Origin: Lytechinus pictus
Lineage: Eukaryota
DNA length: 64,000 nucleotides
Reading direction: 5' to 3'
NCBI RefSeq assembly: GCF_037042905.1
Contig: NC_087251.1
Span: 42,162,001-42,226,000, forward strand
The position numbers and the translations under genes were made by a program. The notes below the pieces were generated by a model, which did no database searches, was not told the origin of the DNA, and saw only the letters and a list, made by a program, of their open reading frames with translations. Positions 39,041-51,938 of this stretch are shown piece by piece; within the stretch, counting starts at the first letter, position 1; every line of letters begins with the position of its first letter.

Positions 39041-40269
39041 AAATGAGTGTAAACTCACCAATGAATCAAAATGAAATAAGATGAAAATAGTTCAGATTTT
39101 TAATATTTCCCCTTGTGCAATCATTACTGAAACTAATGAGAATCTGTTTGAAGTATGAAATATGAAAGAGATCTGTGAGGTAAAGTCATATATTCCTGAT
39201 TTAAAATGTCAAACAGCCAATATTCTTTGTATTCATATACACGTATATAGCCCTATTTGATAATAAATTGTAACATCTATGTATGTGATGAGGCAGCTGT
39301 TCATTGGATCACAAGACATATTCAGACTGTCTCAAAATGCTTGAGTTCCAGGTGATATCTGATTGGAAAATTTGCCCTGATCGACCCCAATCAGATAATA
39401 CCAGGTAATTTTGGCAGTGTGAAAGCAAATTACTTGCAACATCACCGAAAGAAAATACCCACTAAATAGTAGGTACTGCCGAAATTATGAAAACTTTTGC
39501 AGTGATTTTTTAAGGTCATGGGTATTTTGGCAGTGTGAAAGCAAATTACTGGAACTTTCTCGACCCAGCGTGTAGCTCCTGAGCTGTGTATACATGTATT
39601 ACTTTTAAGACCTGTCTGACACTTAATGAAAATATGAAATACACAGGCAGGAGATAAAATTCAATAAAGAAGAAAATTGCTGGTTGTGAGGGAGAGCAAG
39701 GGCCCCACCTCGTAGGAGTGGGTATCAAAATGGAAGGGGGGGGGGGCTCGCTCCTGAAAAGAATTTTAAAATTTTAGGTTTAAAAAAATCATGTTTTAAT
39801 GCATTTAAGAATAATATTTTGAGGGAGTAAATATATAGTTCCCTGCTCTGTCTCATTCACAAGACATTATGTAAATCCGCAGGAATCCACTCATTCCAGA
39901 AGAAACAAAATCGTGCCTAAATGCAATATTTCCCATTTCAAATGTCACTGTCATCTTCGCTAGATCTATCAACTCAATTTCTTGTTGCAGGAGCCACTTA
40001 CTTTTGCATAATCCAATAAAAAAGCTTTTCTATATTTCTTAGACAGGCCAATTATCTATTCCTCACGATTGAGCATCTTAGTAATTCAACAGGAAATATA
40101 AATATATCGCTGCTATGGATGATGAAATAATAGAACTAAACCTGGAAGAGAAATGTCATAAGATGGAAAAAGTGACAGGGGAATCGTTCTTCTGATTGCC
40201 AATATGGCTTGGAATAATATATGACTTTGTGAATTTAAATTTAAGTCAATGCAGGGAATACCAGGAATT

Positions 40270-41570
40270 ATGTACCTTGTTGTGGGGGTAAGGGTGTGAA
40301 GGTGTGCGTGAGGGTGTGTGAAGGGGAGTCTGTGGGTGTGTGTGGATGGAGGGGTGGGGTACGGAAGGATGTAAATGTGTGGATGTGTGTAGGGAGGGAG
40401 GGGTGGGGTAGGAATGTGAGGGTGCCTGGGGGGGGGGGGGGGCAGACGAATATATTGCTGTACACATGCGTGACCAAAATACGTGTTTAAAGCGGTGTTT
40501 TTTTCAGTTTTGGATGCAGGCTGCACATGCACTCGTCAAGGGTATCAAAAACACTGGGGTTTTTTTAAGGGTGGTTTTAAAAGACTGGTCAATAGTTAAT
40601 CGAGGGGTCAAACGTATTTAGAGTAATTTTTTTTCAAAGCTTTTTTTTAAGACTAGCCAAACGTATTCAGGGTATGTTTTTCCCCAAGCCTTTTCCCAGG
40701 GGTCATAATTTGGTGACAACTTGTTTAGGGACCAAAATGTGTAAATAAAGCCTGTGAAAAACAGTGTTTGGGGGTTATTTTGCACACAGAGAAAAACTTG
40801 TTTAGGGGGTGTTTGGAAATAATTTGGTCACACATATGTACAGCAATACATTTCACTGGCGCACCCCCCCCCCCCCTCCCCCTGAGTGAGGGTGTATGGG
40901 GTTGGGATTGGGTATAGGGATGTGCATATGTGAAAGTGTGTGGATGTGTTTGGGGCTGGCGTGGGGTGTGAATATGTGAGATTGTGTGGGTGTGTGGGGG
41001 AGAGAGTGAGTGGTGGGTGCTAAAGTGTGAGAGTGTGGGAGTGTGTGTGGGTGAGAGAGTGATTTAGGGATGCTAACATGTGAGATTGTGTGTGGGGGGG
41101 GGGTGAGTGATTTAGGGATGTTAAAGTATGAGATTGTGTGGGTGTGTGTTCAGGAGAGAGTGATGGAGAGTGTGGGTGTGTGTGGGGGAGAGAGTGATTT
41201 AGGGATGTTAAAGTGTGAGATTGTGTGGGTGTGTGTGTGGGAGTGAGTGATGGATGGATGCTAAAGTGTGAGAGTGTGTGTGTGGGGGGAGTGATTTAGG
41301 GATATTAAAGTGTGAGAATGTGTGGGTGTGTGTGTGGGAGAGAGTGAGTGATGGATGCTAAAGTGTGAGAGTGTGTGTGTGGGGGAGAGTGATTTAGGGA
41401 TGTTAAAGTGTGAGATTGTGTGTATGTGGGGGGGGGGAAGAGAGTGATTTAGGGATGTTAAAGTGTGAGATTGTGTGGGTGTGTGTTCAGGAGAGAGTGA
41501 TGGAGAGTGTGGGTGTGTGTGGGGGAGAGAGTGAGTGATGGATGTTAAAGTGTGAGAGTGTGGGTGTGTA
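40270..41570. repeat. GT/GA-rich minisatellite interrupted by a poly-G/poly-C-ended palindromic MITE (about 40425-40880)
   Basis: Repeating unit GAGTGATTTAGGGATGTTAAAGTGTGAGATTGTGTG. MITE arms are TATTGCTGTACACATGCGTGACCAAA and TTTGGTCACACATATGTACAGCAATA. Confidence 0.85.
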
Positions 41571-41648
41571 TCATCAGGGACATGAGAAATCTCCTTAGAG
41601 TGATCATGATGTGATATTAAAAAAAAAAATTAGAAGACATATTGCAAA

Positions 41649-42619
41649 AACAAGTGGAATGCCTCTGGCCGTCTCACCTGCATCACGCGATTCAATATAG
41701 CAGCAGTGCTGATTTTGAAAACTACTATAACTCGCACAAGATGTTCAGTGATACTTGGTTACTCTTATTTCCACGTTTTATGAACTAGACCAATACACTT
41801 ATAGAGATATGATGGCAATTCAACAAATACCCCCAACGTGGCCAAAGTTCTTTGACCTTACATGACCTTTGACCTTGATCATGTGACCTGAAACTCGCAC
41901 AGGATGTTCAGTGATACTTGATTACTATTATGTCCAAGTTTTATGAACTAGACCAACACACTTTCAAATTTATGGCTGTAATTCAACAAATACCCCAATT
42001 TGGCCAAAGTTCATTGACCCTAAATGACCTTTGACCTTGATCATGTGACCTGAAACTTGCACAGGATGTTCAGTAATACTTGATTACTATTATGTCCAAG
42101 TTTCATGAATCAGATCCATAAACTTTCAAAGTTATGATGGTAATTCAACAGATACCCCCAATTCGGCCAAAGTTCATTGACCCTAAATGACCTTTGACCT
42201 TGGTCATGTGATGTGAAACTCATGCAGGATGTTCAGTGATACTTGATTAACCTTATGTATAAGTTTCATGAACTAGGTCCATATATTTTCTAAGTTATGA
42301 TGACATTTCAAAAACTTAACCTTAGGTTAAGATTTTGATGTTGATTCCCCCAACATGGTCTAAGTTCATTGACCCTAAATGACCTTTGACCTTGGTCATG
42401 TGACATGAAACTCGGGCAGGATGTTCAGTAATACTTGATTAACCTTATGGCCAAGTTTCATGAACTAGGTCCATATACTTTCTAAGTTATGCTGTCATTT
42501 CAAAAACTTAACCTCAGGTTAAGATTTGGTGTTGACGCCGCCGTCGCCGCCGCCGTCGCCGCCGCCGTCGCCGTCGGAAAAGCGGCGCCTATAGTCTCAC
42601 TCTGCTATGCAGGTGAGAC
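41649..42619 (-). mobile_element. DINE-1/HINE-like element family H1 with ~162-192-bp central tandem repeats
   Basis: subTIRs GTCTCACCTGCAT (41671-41683) and ATGCAGGTGAGAC (42607-42619) with an adjacent partial IR GTCTCAC; (GCC/GTC)n microsatellite; AACAAG end; A-run flanks and no TSD. Confidence 0.82.
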
Positions 42620-43095
42620 AAAAAACCACACATAGGTATTCGGAATGTCTCATTTGAAAATAATATTTTTTATTGCTTTTATGCCTTTTTGATTTTTTTT
42701 GTAACTTTAACAGGAACATCTGTCAGAAATTAAACTTAAAGAAAAAACAACATCTGTCACCAATTTCAAGAGATATTGAGCAATACTGTGAGGCAAAAAG
42801 AATACTTTTCATCCCACACTGAAATGCATGGGAAAATCAATGAAAGATATTCAAAATAAATTTGGGGAAATTGAGACACATTGCACCAATCATTAAAAGT
42901 GAAATGACTCTAAATCAATATCATAACTGAAATTTGAGACAAAGGGCAGGTGCATATACATGTATTTCAAACACCTTCAATAATTGAAAATATCATGTCT
43001 GAATGCAAAAAAAAAGATGTAAGATTATAAAAAGATGTTTTTCAGAATGGATGACTGCCAGGGAAGCGAGTCGGGACAATAATCAACAACATTAA

Positions 43096-43697
43096 AGGAC
43101 AAGTCCACCCCAACAAAAACTTGATTTGAATAAAAAGAGAAAAATTTAACAAGCATAACACTGAAAATTTCATCAAAATCAGATGTAAAATAAGAAAGTT
43201 ATGGCATTTTTAAGTTTCGCTTCATTTCACAAAACAGTTATATGCACATCTCAGTCGGTATGCAAATGAGGAACTGATGACATCACTCACTCATTATTTC
43301 TTTTGTATTTTATTATATGAAATATGAAATATTTTTATTTTCTCGTCATTGTCATGTGAAATGAAGTTTCATTCCTCCCTCAATACGTGGAATCCCATTA
43401 TTTTAACATTTTGTGCTTCAGGCAAGGAGGTCCTAATCGTCAAATTCGTAAAAATTGAAATATTGTATAATTCTAACAATAAAAAACAAAAGAAATAGTG
43501 AGTGAGTGACATCATCGACTCTCTCATTTGGATGTAACTGGCTCGTTCATATAACTATTTTGTTAAAAATAAGCGAAACTTTGAAGTGTCATAACTTTCT
43601 TATTTTACATCCGATTTTGATGAAATTTTCAGCATTGTGCTTGTCTGATTTTTCTCTATTGATTCAAATCAACATTTTTCTGAGGTGGACTTGACCT
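43096..43697. mobile_element. MITE family B (Kolobok-like, TTAA TSD)
   Basis: TTAA|AGGACAAGTCCACCCC ... GAGGTGGACTTGACCT|TTAA. Confidence 0.93.
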
Positions 43698-46600
43698 TTA
43701 AGGGTTTTTTTTATCCTTTTTTAATAATACTTATGATATTCAGTTACTATCTGGCGCATGACACATAGGTTAATCTTGTCCATACGAAACAATAGAAGTA
43801 CAAATTAAGAAATCAAATTTGAAAGAAGACAAGTGAAAGGAACAAAACTGGGAACACAGGGCACAAGAACATTGTAAGACAGCTTTGATCATAATCTTAA
43901 GAGAGAGACATACTGTAACTTTAATTTTTGAGACTTTATGACCCTACCAACGAGATGAAAAGATTAAAAAAATCACAACTTTTTTAGGTATTTAACATGA
44001 ATTGAATGAAATTGGTCTAGTTCATGAGATGCTTGAGTTTTTCACATTTGAATATTTGAAACATCCTCATCAAGGGGAAGCAGAGAATGTCCAATCAATA
44101 ATGAAGTTTCAATTGGAACAACACAGTGGGACATGGCGATGTGGTGTAGTGTTTCAGCAAAGTCTTGACTACAGGTGTTTCCTGAGCCCTAATGGAGCAT
44201 CAAGGACAGTGTCTGAAACGTGAATGTCATACGGGATTCTCTTCCTCTACCCGCATTCAAGCAATTAGGGCAGGGAGGAATCGTTTGAACCACGCAACGA
44301 ATCATCACGATCGTTTTCGTTCAAGAATCAAAAGACTGGGAGGATGCAGTTTTATTCGGTGAGCGTAACATAAAAGTCATGGGTCGATGAGGAAAGTTAA
44401 GTGTAAGAGTTTTGCTCTTTCTCATGATTTCCTCCTTACTCCCTCCACATCCATTAAAATTACATTCAAATACAAGTGTTTCTGGTTTTTAATGGCAAAA
44501 AATTCTTACAGATCTAAAATCATCATTTCCTTGCAAACACACTTTCAAATCTTAAAGTTTGTTATACAATAATATGAACTCACCAAATTTTGATACATTT
44601 TTCTCTTTGTAAGAAATGATTATGGAGATCTCATTCAACCAAATTAACTCATAATTCAACCATAGCTCTATGGTTCAACCAACGTTGTGATTTTCAAGTT
44701 AATTTCAGAGAGTGAAGGTAATCACCTCCCAATATGCTAAAAATATTTTTAAAGAAATAAAACTTTATCAATCAATTAATCAATTATCAATCAAGTGGCT
44801 AACAGCATAATCGCCAAAGTCATCTCTGATAATGATATGGCCATAAAATCCGGTAGGATTCATTGACCAGAAGATATTTTAGTCTTCTTGATATAAAACC
44901 AGTTCTAAAGAATGGAATGAGCTGAAAACTTCAGGATATGATCTTTCTATATAGCTTTCTGATATGGAATCAATAAAGTTGTAAGTTTACTAATTACCTT
45001 TTCAAGGGAAAATGGAAACAATACTTGAGTGAGAAAACAATTCAAATTTTCAAATAGAATCAATGGCTGAAAAAGGAAGGCCACTACAATAAGATTGGAA
45101 TATAGATGATACTCAAGAATCACATAATCAATCATTTCGTCGGCGGTCATCCGAACCATCGCATCACTCATACGATGACGGCAGTGCAAACCCATTTCAG
45201 AGAACATCGACTTCAAAGTTTATTATAAATTTCACTTAGTTATCCGGCCTTACAACATATTCATTGCTAGAAAAATACATGGTTGGAAAGACAAAGACAA
45301 TTGCTTGACATTGGTATCCTTATTTCTACACAAAACTAAGGATTGAAGAAAATATCGCAAAAGAGCTACATGCTTGTAATTTTGGTTTGAGCGGTTTAGA
45401 TTTCCCTTGTACTGCTACAGTACACGTTTTCAATGGGATTTGCATATTTTATCAAAACTTTGTATGACATCCCAATAATTCCAAAATCGATTTTCTTTTT
45501 TGGGGGGACCAAATTGACTGATACGACTGTTCAGATGAACGCCAATGATTTATCAAACCTTTAGAGGGCTTTAAGACTCATAATAACAACACATAAAAAC
45601 CAAAGAAGAAGTATGAAGAGAGCACAAATGTATGAAATATCATAACATCATTCTAATTGATTTCTGCATTTATTCTAATATTCCCACTTTGCTTCTATGA
45701 TTTCACCAATTTCTTTAGCGAATATCTTTTCCAAAATGCGAATGCAAGTAATGTGCTATTAGCAAGGTAGCTTCATGGCACGGAAATTGCTGAATATAAT
45801 TCCAAGATCATTTTCCCCTGAATCCTAGTTCTTTAAATTGCATTCAGTTCCTAGCTGCTTCTCGAGCATGAAATTGGCAATAGATCGCTTTGCTGCTTAT
45901 GCATAAAATGAATAAGTGCGCCAATGCCTCTATTGTCATTCGTTCTTTCCTATAATTACCTTTAACACCTCTCTTAATACATTCATTACATATTCAAACA
46001 AACAGTACAATATATCATACGAGGAGTAACACAGGTCTCTATGATACCAACCATTTGTGGGGGGTGGATCTCTCTAAAATAACCATAAAAACCATGAAGT
46101 ACATGTATAGAGACAGTGATTTTCCATTTCAATACCGTTTCTGAAAATCTGTAATTCCGTTTCAACTTGATCTAAAAATGGAAAATCCATTTTGTCACTG
46201 AAAATGTACACAGCAAAACCTGAATTCCATATTGCATAGGTGAATTCCATGAATTTTTACATGAAAAGTATAAGAAACAAACAGAATTTCTGTTTTATTT
46301 ACCCATAAAACAGAAAATCACCGTCCCTACATATATTACAATATCAAATAGGATAAACAATGAACCTAACAATGGAAGAACAATTATTCTATCAGCTGTC
46401 ATTTGCATAATTGGAAACCCACGACACATGACACTTTGGCTCTATTAATGTTATTTACAAACTGAATTACCCAAATCCCCAGATTAATTGAACATATACA
46501 CAATTTGAATCTAAAATAATTTCATAATTTTAGGGTCTAACCTTTAATACATTCATATCACTATGACTCTTATAATGCAACATGGCTAGAACATGCACAT

Positions 46601-47376
46601 TTCTTTATCTCTATTTTGTGGGAGTTTTTTAATGTGCATGCATAAAGTGTGAGGATTTTCTTGAATAAGAGATAAAATGCCCCTTCACCCTGATGTTATT
46701 TTTGCTCAAACACAAAATTAATCCTGTAATTTAATCATTCCCTCCTCTTACTTTGCTGCTTTTCTGAAAGTAATGGATAAATCGAGAGGCGTACATGGAT
46801 ACATTATGAAGATAATAATATAGTTACAATGTTCCAAAATATTGACTCACTGTTTTTCTCTTTTAAAACGTATTGGTGTACAATTTCAATCCCTTTCATT
46901 CCATCTTTGTTTGCCATTTATGATTTTAGACATGCTCAATCAAATAAAAAGATCATAAAAGAGACTTATAAAAATAACTGAACTGGGATTTTATTATTGA
47001 AAAGCGGTACAAAGGGCAGACAAATTATTGAATGCAGACAGAGTGACTCCGAAATTGAGTTTATAATCACACCTTGAGTAGGGAGGTAGTCGATGGCTGT
47101 ATTTCCTGTTAAATATGACACCATTACACCATAATATATTTTCATCAAGAGTTTCTGATCGAATTCTGTTGTGAGTAGCTCTAGAAAGACCAAAAATTAA
47201 TTTAGGCCAGGGTCAGATAAAGTGCAAATTGAAGAAAAAAAACAGACCAATAAAATATCCAGTCCATCCTCCGTTCTATATCTTCTATTCCTTCTTTTTC
47301 CTATTCTGTCTGGGTAGGCATTTCAGGTTATAGAAAATGATACACGCATTACAGAACATTTAGGTGTCAAAATTGG

Positions 47377-48274
47377 AACGAGTGAAGCGCCTCTGGCTGT
47401 CTCACCTGCATTACGCAATTCAATATAGCAGCAGTGCTGACTTTGAAAACTTCTACAAAATAATTATTCACAAAAAACACCATTCATATACATGTAATGA
47501 TACAGTGCGACGTTCATTGACCCGAAATGACATTTGACTTTGATCATGTGACCTAAGACTTGTCAGTGATACTTGATACCCCTATGTCCACAATTCATAA
47601 ACTTTATCCATAAACTTTGAAAGTTATGACAGCAATTTAATAATTACCTCCAACATGGCCAAAGTTCATTGACCTTTTATGACCTTTGACCTTGGTCATG
47701 TGACCTGAAACTCGCACAGGGTGTTCAGTGATACTTGATTACTCTTTCTTGTCCAAGATTTATGAACTAGACCAATACAACTTCAGAGTTATGATGGTAA
47801 TTCAACAAATACCCCCAACTTGGCCAAAGTTCATTGACCCTAAATAACCTTTGAGCTCGGTCATGTGACCTGAAACTCAGGCAGGATGTTCAGTAATACA
47901 TGTATTTGATTACCCTTATGGCCACGTTTCATGTACAAGGTCCATCTGTGTGGTCTATATAGTTTCTAAGTTATGATGACATTTCACAAAATTAACCTTA
48001 GGCTAAGATTTCGATATTGACTCCCCCAACATGGTATAAATTCATTGACCCTAAATGACCTTTGACCTTAATCATGTGACCGGAAACTCAAGCAGGATGT
48101 TCAGTAATACTTGATAAACCTTATGTACAAGTTTCATGAACTAGGTCCATATACTTTCTAAGTTATGCTGTCATTCCAAAAACTTAACCTTTGGTTAAGA
48201 TTTGATGTTGACGCCTCCGCCATCGGAAAAAGCGGCACCTAGGCTATAGTCTCTTTCTGCTATGCAGTTGAGAC
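47377..48274 (-). mobile_element. DINE-1/HINE-like element family H1, second and more diverged copy
   Basis: Same subTIRs (47399-47411 and 48262-48274) and tandem units as 41649-42619. Confidence 0.82.
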
Positions 48275-48442
48275 AAAAATGGGGAGGGAGAATATATATT
48301 TTTTTAGGACAGAGGTTTAAAAGGAGTGTGAAAACGGTTACTGGAGTCTATTCACTTGCCACTTGAGAGGATCCCCCATGATGGTCTGGCCTTTTGCGCT
48401 ATCCAAAATTCTCTGATAAAGAGCATGGTTTATAGTGTTTAC

Positions 48443-48563
48443 ATTTGTTTAGAGGGAAAAACAATAGTACAGAAAGCTAGTGAAGATACATGGAAAGGAT
48501 ATCATTTGTTTAGAGGGAAAAATAAATGTACAGAAAGCTAGTGAAGATACATGGAAAGAATAT
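48443..48563 (+). repeat. ~61-bp tandem duplication
   Basis: CATTTGTTTAGAGGGAAAA...GTACAGAAAGCTAGTGAAGATACATGGAAAG occurs twice. Confidence 0.9.
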
Positions 48564-48864
48564 CAATTGACCAGGGAATTCCCTGATATGGCAAATGATA
48601 CGCTGTCAAACATAAAAGGGGGTATTGCAAGTCACTGGACATGTGTACGTATATGTAGTTGAGTGCCCCCTTCCCTTACAGTTTTTCCTACTTTGCTATT
48701 GCTAGTCCAGATGCTGGCTGGCCCTTCGACATGGGATCGTGCGATCAGTGGGTAAGTGTGCAGAGGAAAAGCAGTCAGTAGGTGAAGTGCAGTGCGTGGA
48801 GGGAAAAACAATCTTGGCAGAGTCAGCATCTGGACGATGCTACTAAATGCAATTGGATATTTAA

Positions 48865-49459
48865 AGGTCAAGTCCACCCCAGAAAAATGTTAATTTGAAT
48901 AAATAGAGAAAAATCAAACTAGCAAAACACTGAAAATTTCATCAAAATCGGATGTAACATGAGAAGGTTATGACACTTTAAAGTTTTGCTTATTTTTCAC
49001 AAAACAGTGATATGCACAACTTAAATTGGACAGTCGATGATGTCCCTCACTCACTATTTCTTTAGTTTTTTATTGTTTGAATTATACAATATTTAATTTT
49101 TTATAGATTTGACATTAAGGACCAACTTGATTAAAAATCATATAGTATAAAACAATGCTCATTCCACATGTTCAGGGAGGAATTAATCATTGTTTCACTT
49201 GACAATGAGGAGAAAAATAGAATATTCCCTATAGCATATAATAAGATATAAAAGAAATAGTGAGTGGATGACGTCATCAGTCTCCTCATTTGCATACCCA
49301 CCAGGATGTGCATATAACTGTTTTGTGAAATTAAGCAAAACCTTTAAATGTCATAACTTTCTTATTTTACATCCGATTTTGATGAAATTTTTAGTGTTAT
49401 GCTCATTGGATTTTTCTCTTTTTATTCAAATCATTTTTTTGTTGGGGTGGACTTGTCCT
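48865..49459. mobile_element. MITE family B (Kolobok-like, TTAA TSD)
   Basis: TTAA|AGGTCAAGTCCACCCC ... GGGGTGGACTTGTCCT|TTAA. Confidence 0.93.
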
Positions 49460-49549
49460 TTAAAAAATTGAATTATTGAATAGTGTAACAGGTCAGTCTC
49501 ATGTCATATATAGAAGTAGTTCCAAGCAAAGAAAAACAGAACTGCAGAG

Positions 49550-50453
49550 ACCCATATTCTAAACTCGGTTTAATTTACACCGTGTCTAACTCTGTGCTAA
49601 ACTTATGGGAGGCCAAACATGTCAAAAATTTTTCACATGGTAGGTTTCTTGTGTTTACTGCGCTCTATCCTAATTCTTTAAAGGACAAGTCCACCCCAAC
49701 AAAAAGTCGATTTGAAAAAAAGGAGAAAAATCCAACAAGCAAAACACTGAAAATTTCATCAAAATCTGATGTAAAATAAGAAAGTTATGACATTTTAAAG
49801 TTTCGCTTAATTTCACAAAACAGTTATATGCACATCCTGGTCGGTATGCAAATTGGCAGACTGATGACGTCACCCACTCACTATTTCTTTTGTATTTTAT
49901 TATATGAAATATGAAATATTCTAATTTTCTCCTCCTTGTCAAGTGAAACAAAGTTTTATTTCTCCCTGAACATGTGGAATTACCATTATTTTAATAGTTT
50001 ATGGTTAAGTTAAGTTGGTCCTTATTGTCAAATCTGTAAAAATTGAAATATTGTATTATTCAAACAATAAAAAACAAAAGAAATAGTGAGTGATGGACAT
50101 CATTGACTCTCTCATTTGCATATCGCTGAGTTGTGCATTTAACTGTTTTGTGAAAAATAAGCGAAAGTTAAAAATGTCATAACTTTCTTATTTTACATCC
50201 GATTTCGATGAAATTTGCAGCGTTATGTTTGTTTGATTTTTCTCTATCGATTCAAATCAACAATTTTCTGGGGTGGACTTGACCTTTAATGGTGAAGACA
50301 ATTATCTTATTTATCCATCCGCGACAGTTAAGAGTGATTTGAGAATCATGAGCTGATACTATGAACTCCCACTGTTAGAGATTAATGTCACTATTGGCTA
50401 TCCATAGTTATCCACAACTTTGGTTAAATCAAACTTGACTTCAGAATACGGGC
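49550..50453 (+). mobile_element. MITE family D (GCCCGTATTCTGAAG-like termini), interrupted by family B
   Basis: The two halves match the inverted copy at 50923-51226. Confidence 0.72.
49682..50285. mobile_element. MITE family B (Kolobok-like, TTAA TSD), nested in family D
   Basis: TTAA|AGGACAAGTCCACCCC ... GGGGTGGACTTGACCT|TTAA. Confidence 0.93.
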
Positions 50454-50922
50454 TAGAGTATTTACCCACAGGATCATTCACACCCAAGTTTTATGATTCA
50501 ATATACCAAGTTTCCTCTTGTGTAAAAACACCATTTACTCTCCTTACACTTAATAGGGTCTATTCCAACTCCCTGGTAGGACATTGGAAGTGGAATTCAA
50601 TCTAGGAAGAGATTTATTTTAAAATGAGACATGAGATCGTATTCAACGACATATGACTTGCTTTTCGTCAAAGAATGCTTGGTAAAACTCAATAAAGCTC
50701 AATTACACCATACTATAATGCCTGAGAGTGCATTCAAACGAATCCAAAATCCCGGCTTCTACAAGCCCCAAAACTTAATAAATAAAGATATACCAACTCC
50801 ACAACCATGTGCAGTTCTATCTGGTTTCATTTCATTGCACATGAATAGACATGGACAAAAAAAAATAGAATTTTATGATGCATGTTATATACATGTATGA
50901 AAACAGAATCTCAAATAGACAA

Positions 50923-51226
50923 GGGCCTGTCTTCGGAACACAGGTTTAATTTAAACTCTGGTTTAAAGTTGTGGTTTAACTACGGATAGCCAATAGTGGC
51001 ATAAATCTGTAACAGTAGAATTTCAATCTATCAGCTTATTTTTCTCTCAAATCTGTTTCGGAAGGATAAATAATATAGCTTTCTATACCATTCATGAGTC
51101 AGGAAAGAGCACAGTAATCATAAGAAACATACGATGTAAGGACAATTTTGACATTTTTGGCTTTCCATAATTGTAGCACAGAGTTAGACCATGGTCTAGG
51201 TTAAACCTGTCTTCAGAATACTGGCC
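50923..51226 (-). mobile_element. MITE family D, uninterrupted
   Basis: GGGCCTGTCTTCGGAAC ... CTTCAGAATACTGGCC. Shares GGATAGCCAATAGT and TAGCACAGAGTTAGAC with the 49550 copy in inverted orientation. Confidence 0.72.
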
Positions 51227-51539
51227 AAGGAGTTTTTTTAGAGTAAATTATGCATTACTTTACATTCTTTGTAGACAACACTAAACAAAAGTAGAAAATC
51301 AGAAAAATGAATTGCAAATTGATGATGGAGATACAAATTTACAATTTTGTCCTTGTTTTTTTAGTTTAATCTTGATGAAGAGCTATAGCATTAAAGCTTA
51401 GTTGTTTGTTGAGGGGGCTGTAATGGATGCATGCAAATTTGTACATTTTTTGATATTTTTATTGATTAGAATTTTTTTTACAAAAATAGATCTAAATCCC
51501 TTCTATCTATGCCTTGTGTGAAAGAGGGGTATATGTATA

Positions 51540-51938
51540 GGTAAATTGCCAATTCATCCACTCACCACATGGTCTACCTTCATTAAGTCTATAATGCCAT
51601 TCCATCCATCAACATTTCGTCTAACTACCATTTGGTCCAATAACCATTTGGTCCGATCATCACGACGTCTAATCACCAGTTCGTCTATGACCATTTCATC
51701 TCATAACCAGTTGGTCTAATATTAGTTATATTTTCATTCATTTTGCCCAATTAACACTTCGTCTAATACAACAAAATGGTATATGGACTAAATGGCTATT
51801 GGACCAACTGGTTATTAGACGAAATGGTCAGTGGACGAAATGGCAATAAGACCATACGGATATTCGACAAACTGATGGTAGAAGACGAGTTACTGTAGCA
51901 ATGGACGAATTGGCATTGGACCAAATAAAAATAAACCC
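51540..51938. mobile_element. Foldback element with tandem ~17-bp subterminal repeats (CCA.TTGGTCTA / TAGACGAA)
   Basis: Arrays are in opposite orientation on the two arms. A related fragment lies at about 52500-52580. Confidence 0.6.

Noticed and set aside
41850..42500. Regularly spaced repeats resembling a CRISPR array
   Set aside because: The whole 162-192-bp units are homologous with no unique spacers, the context is eukaryotic, and there are no cas genes.
24689..49951. Repeated ORFs containing ...KCHNFLILHPILMKFS...
   Set aside because: These are translations of the inverted arms of MITE family B.
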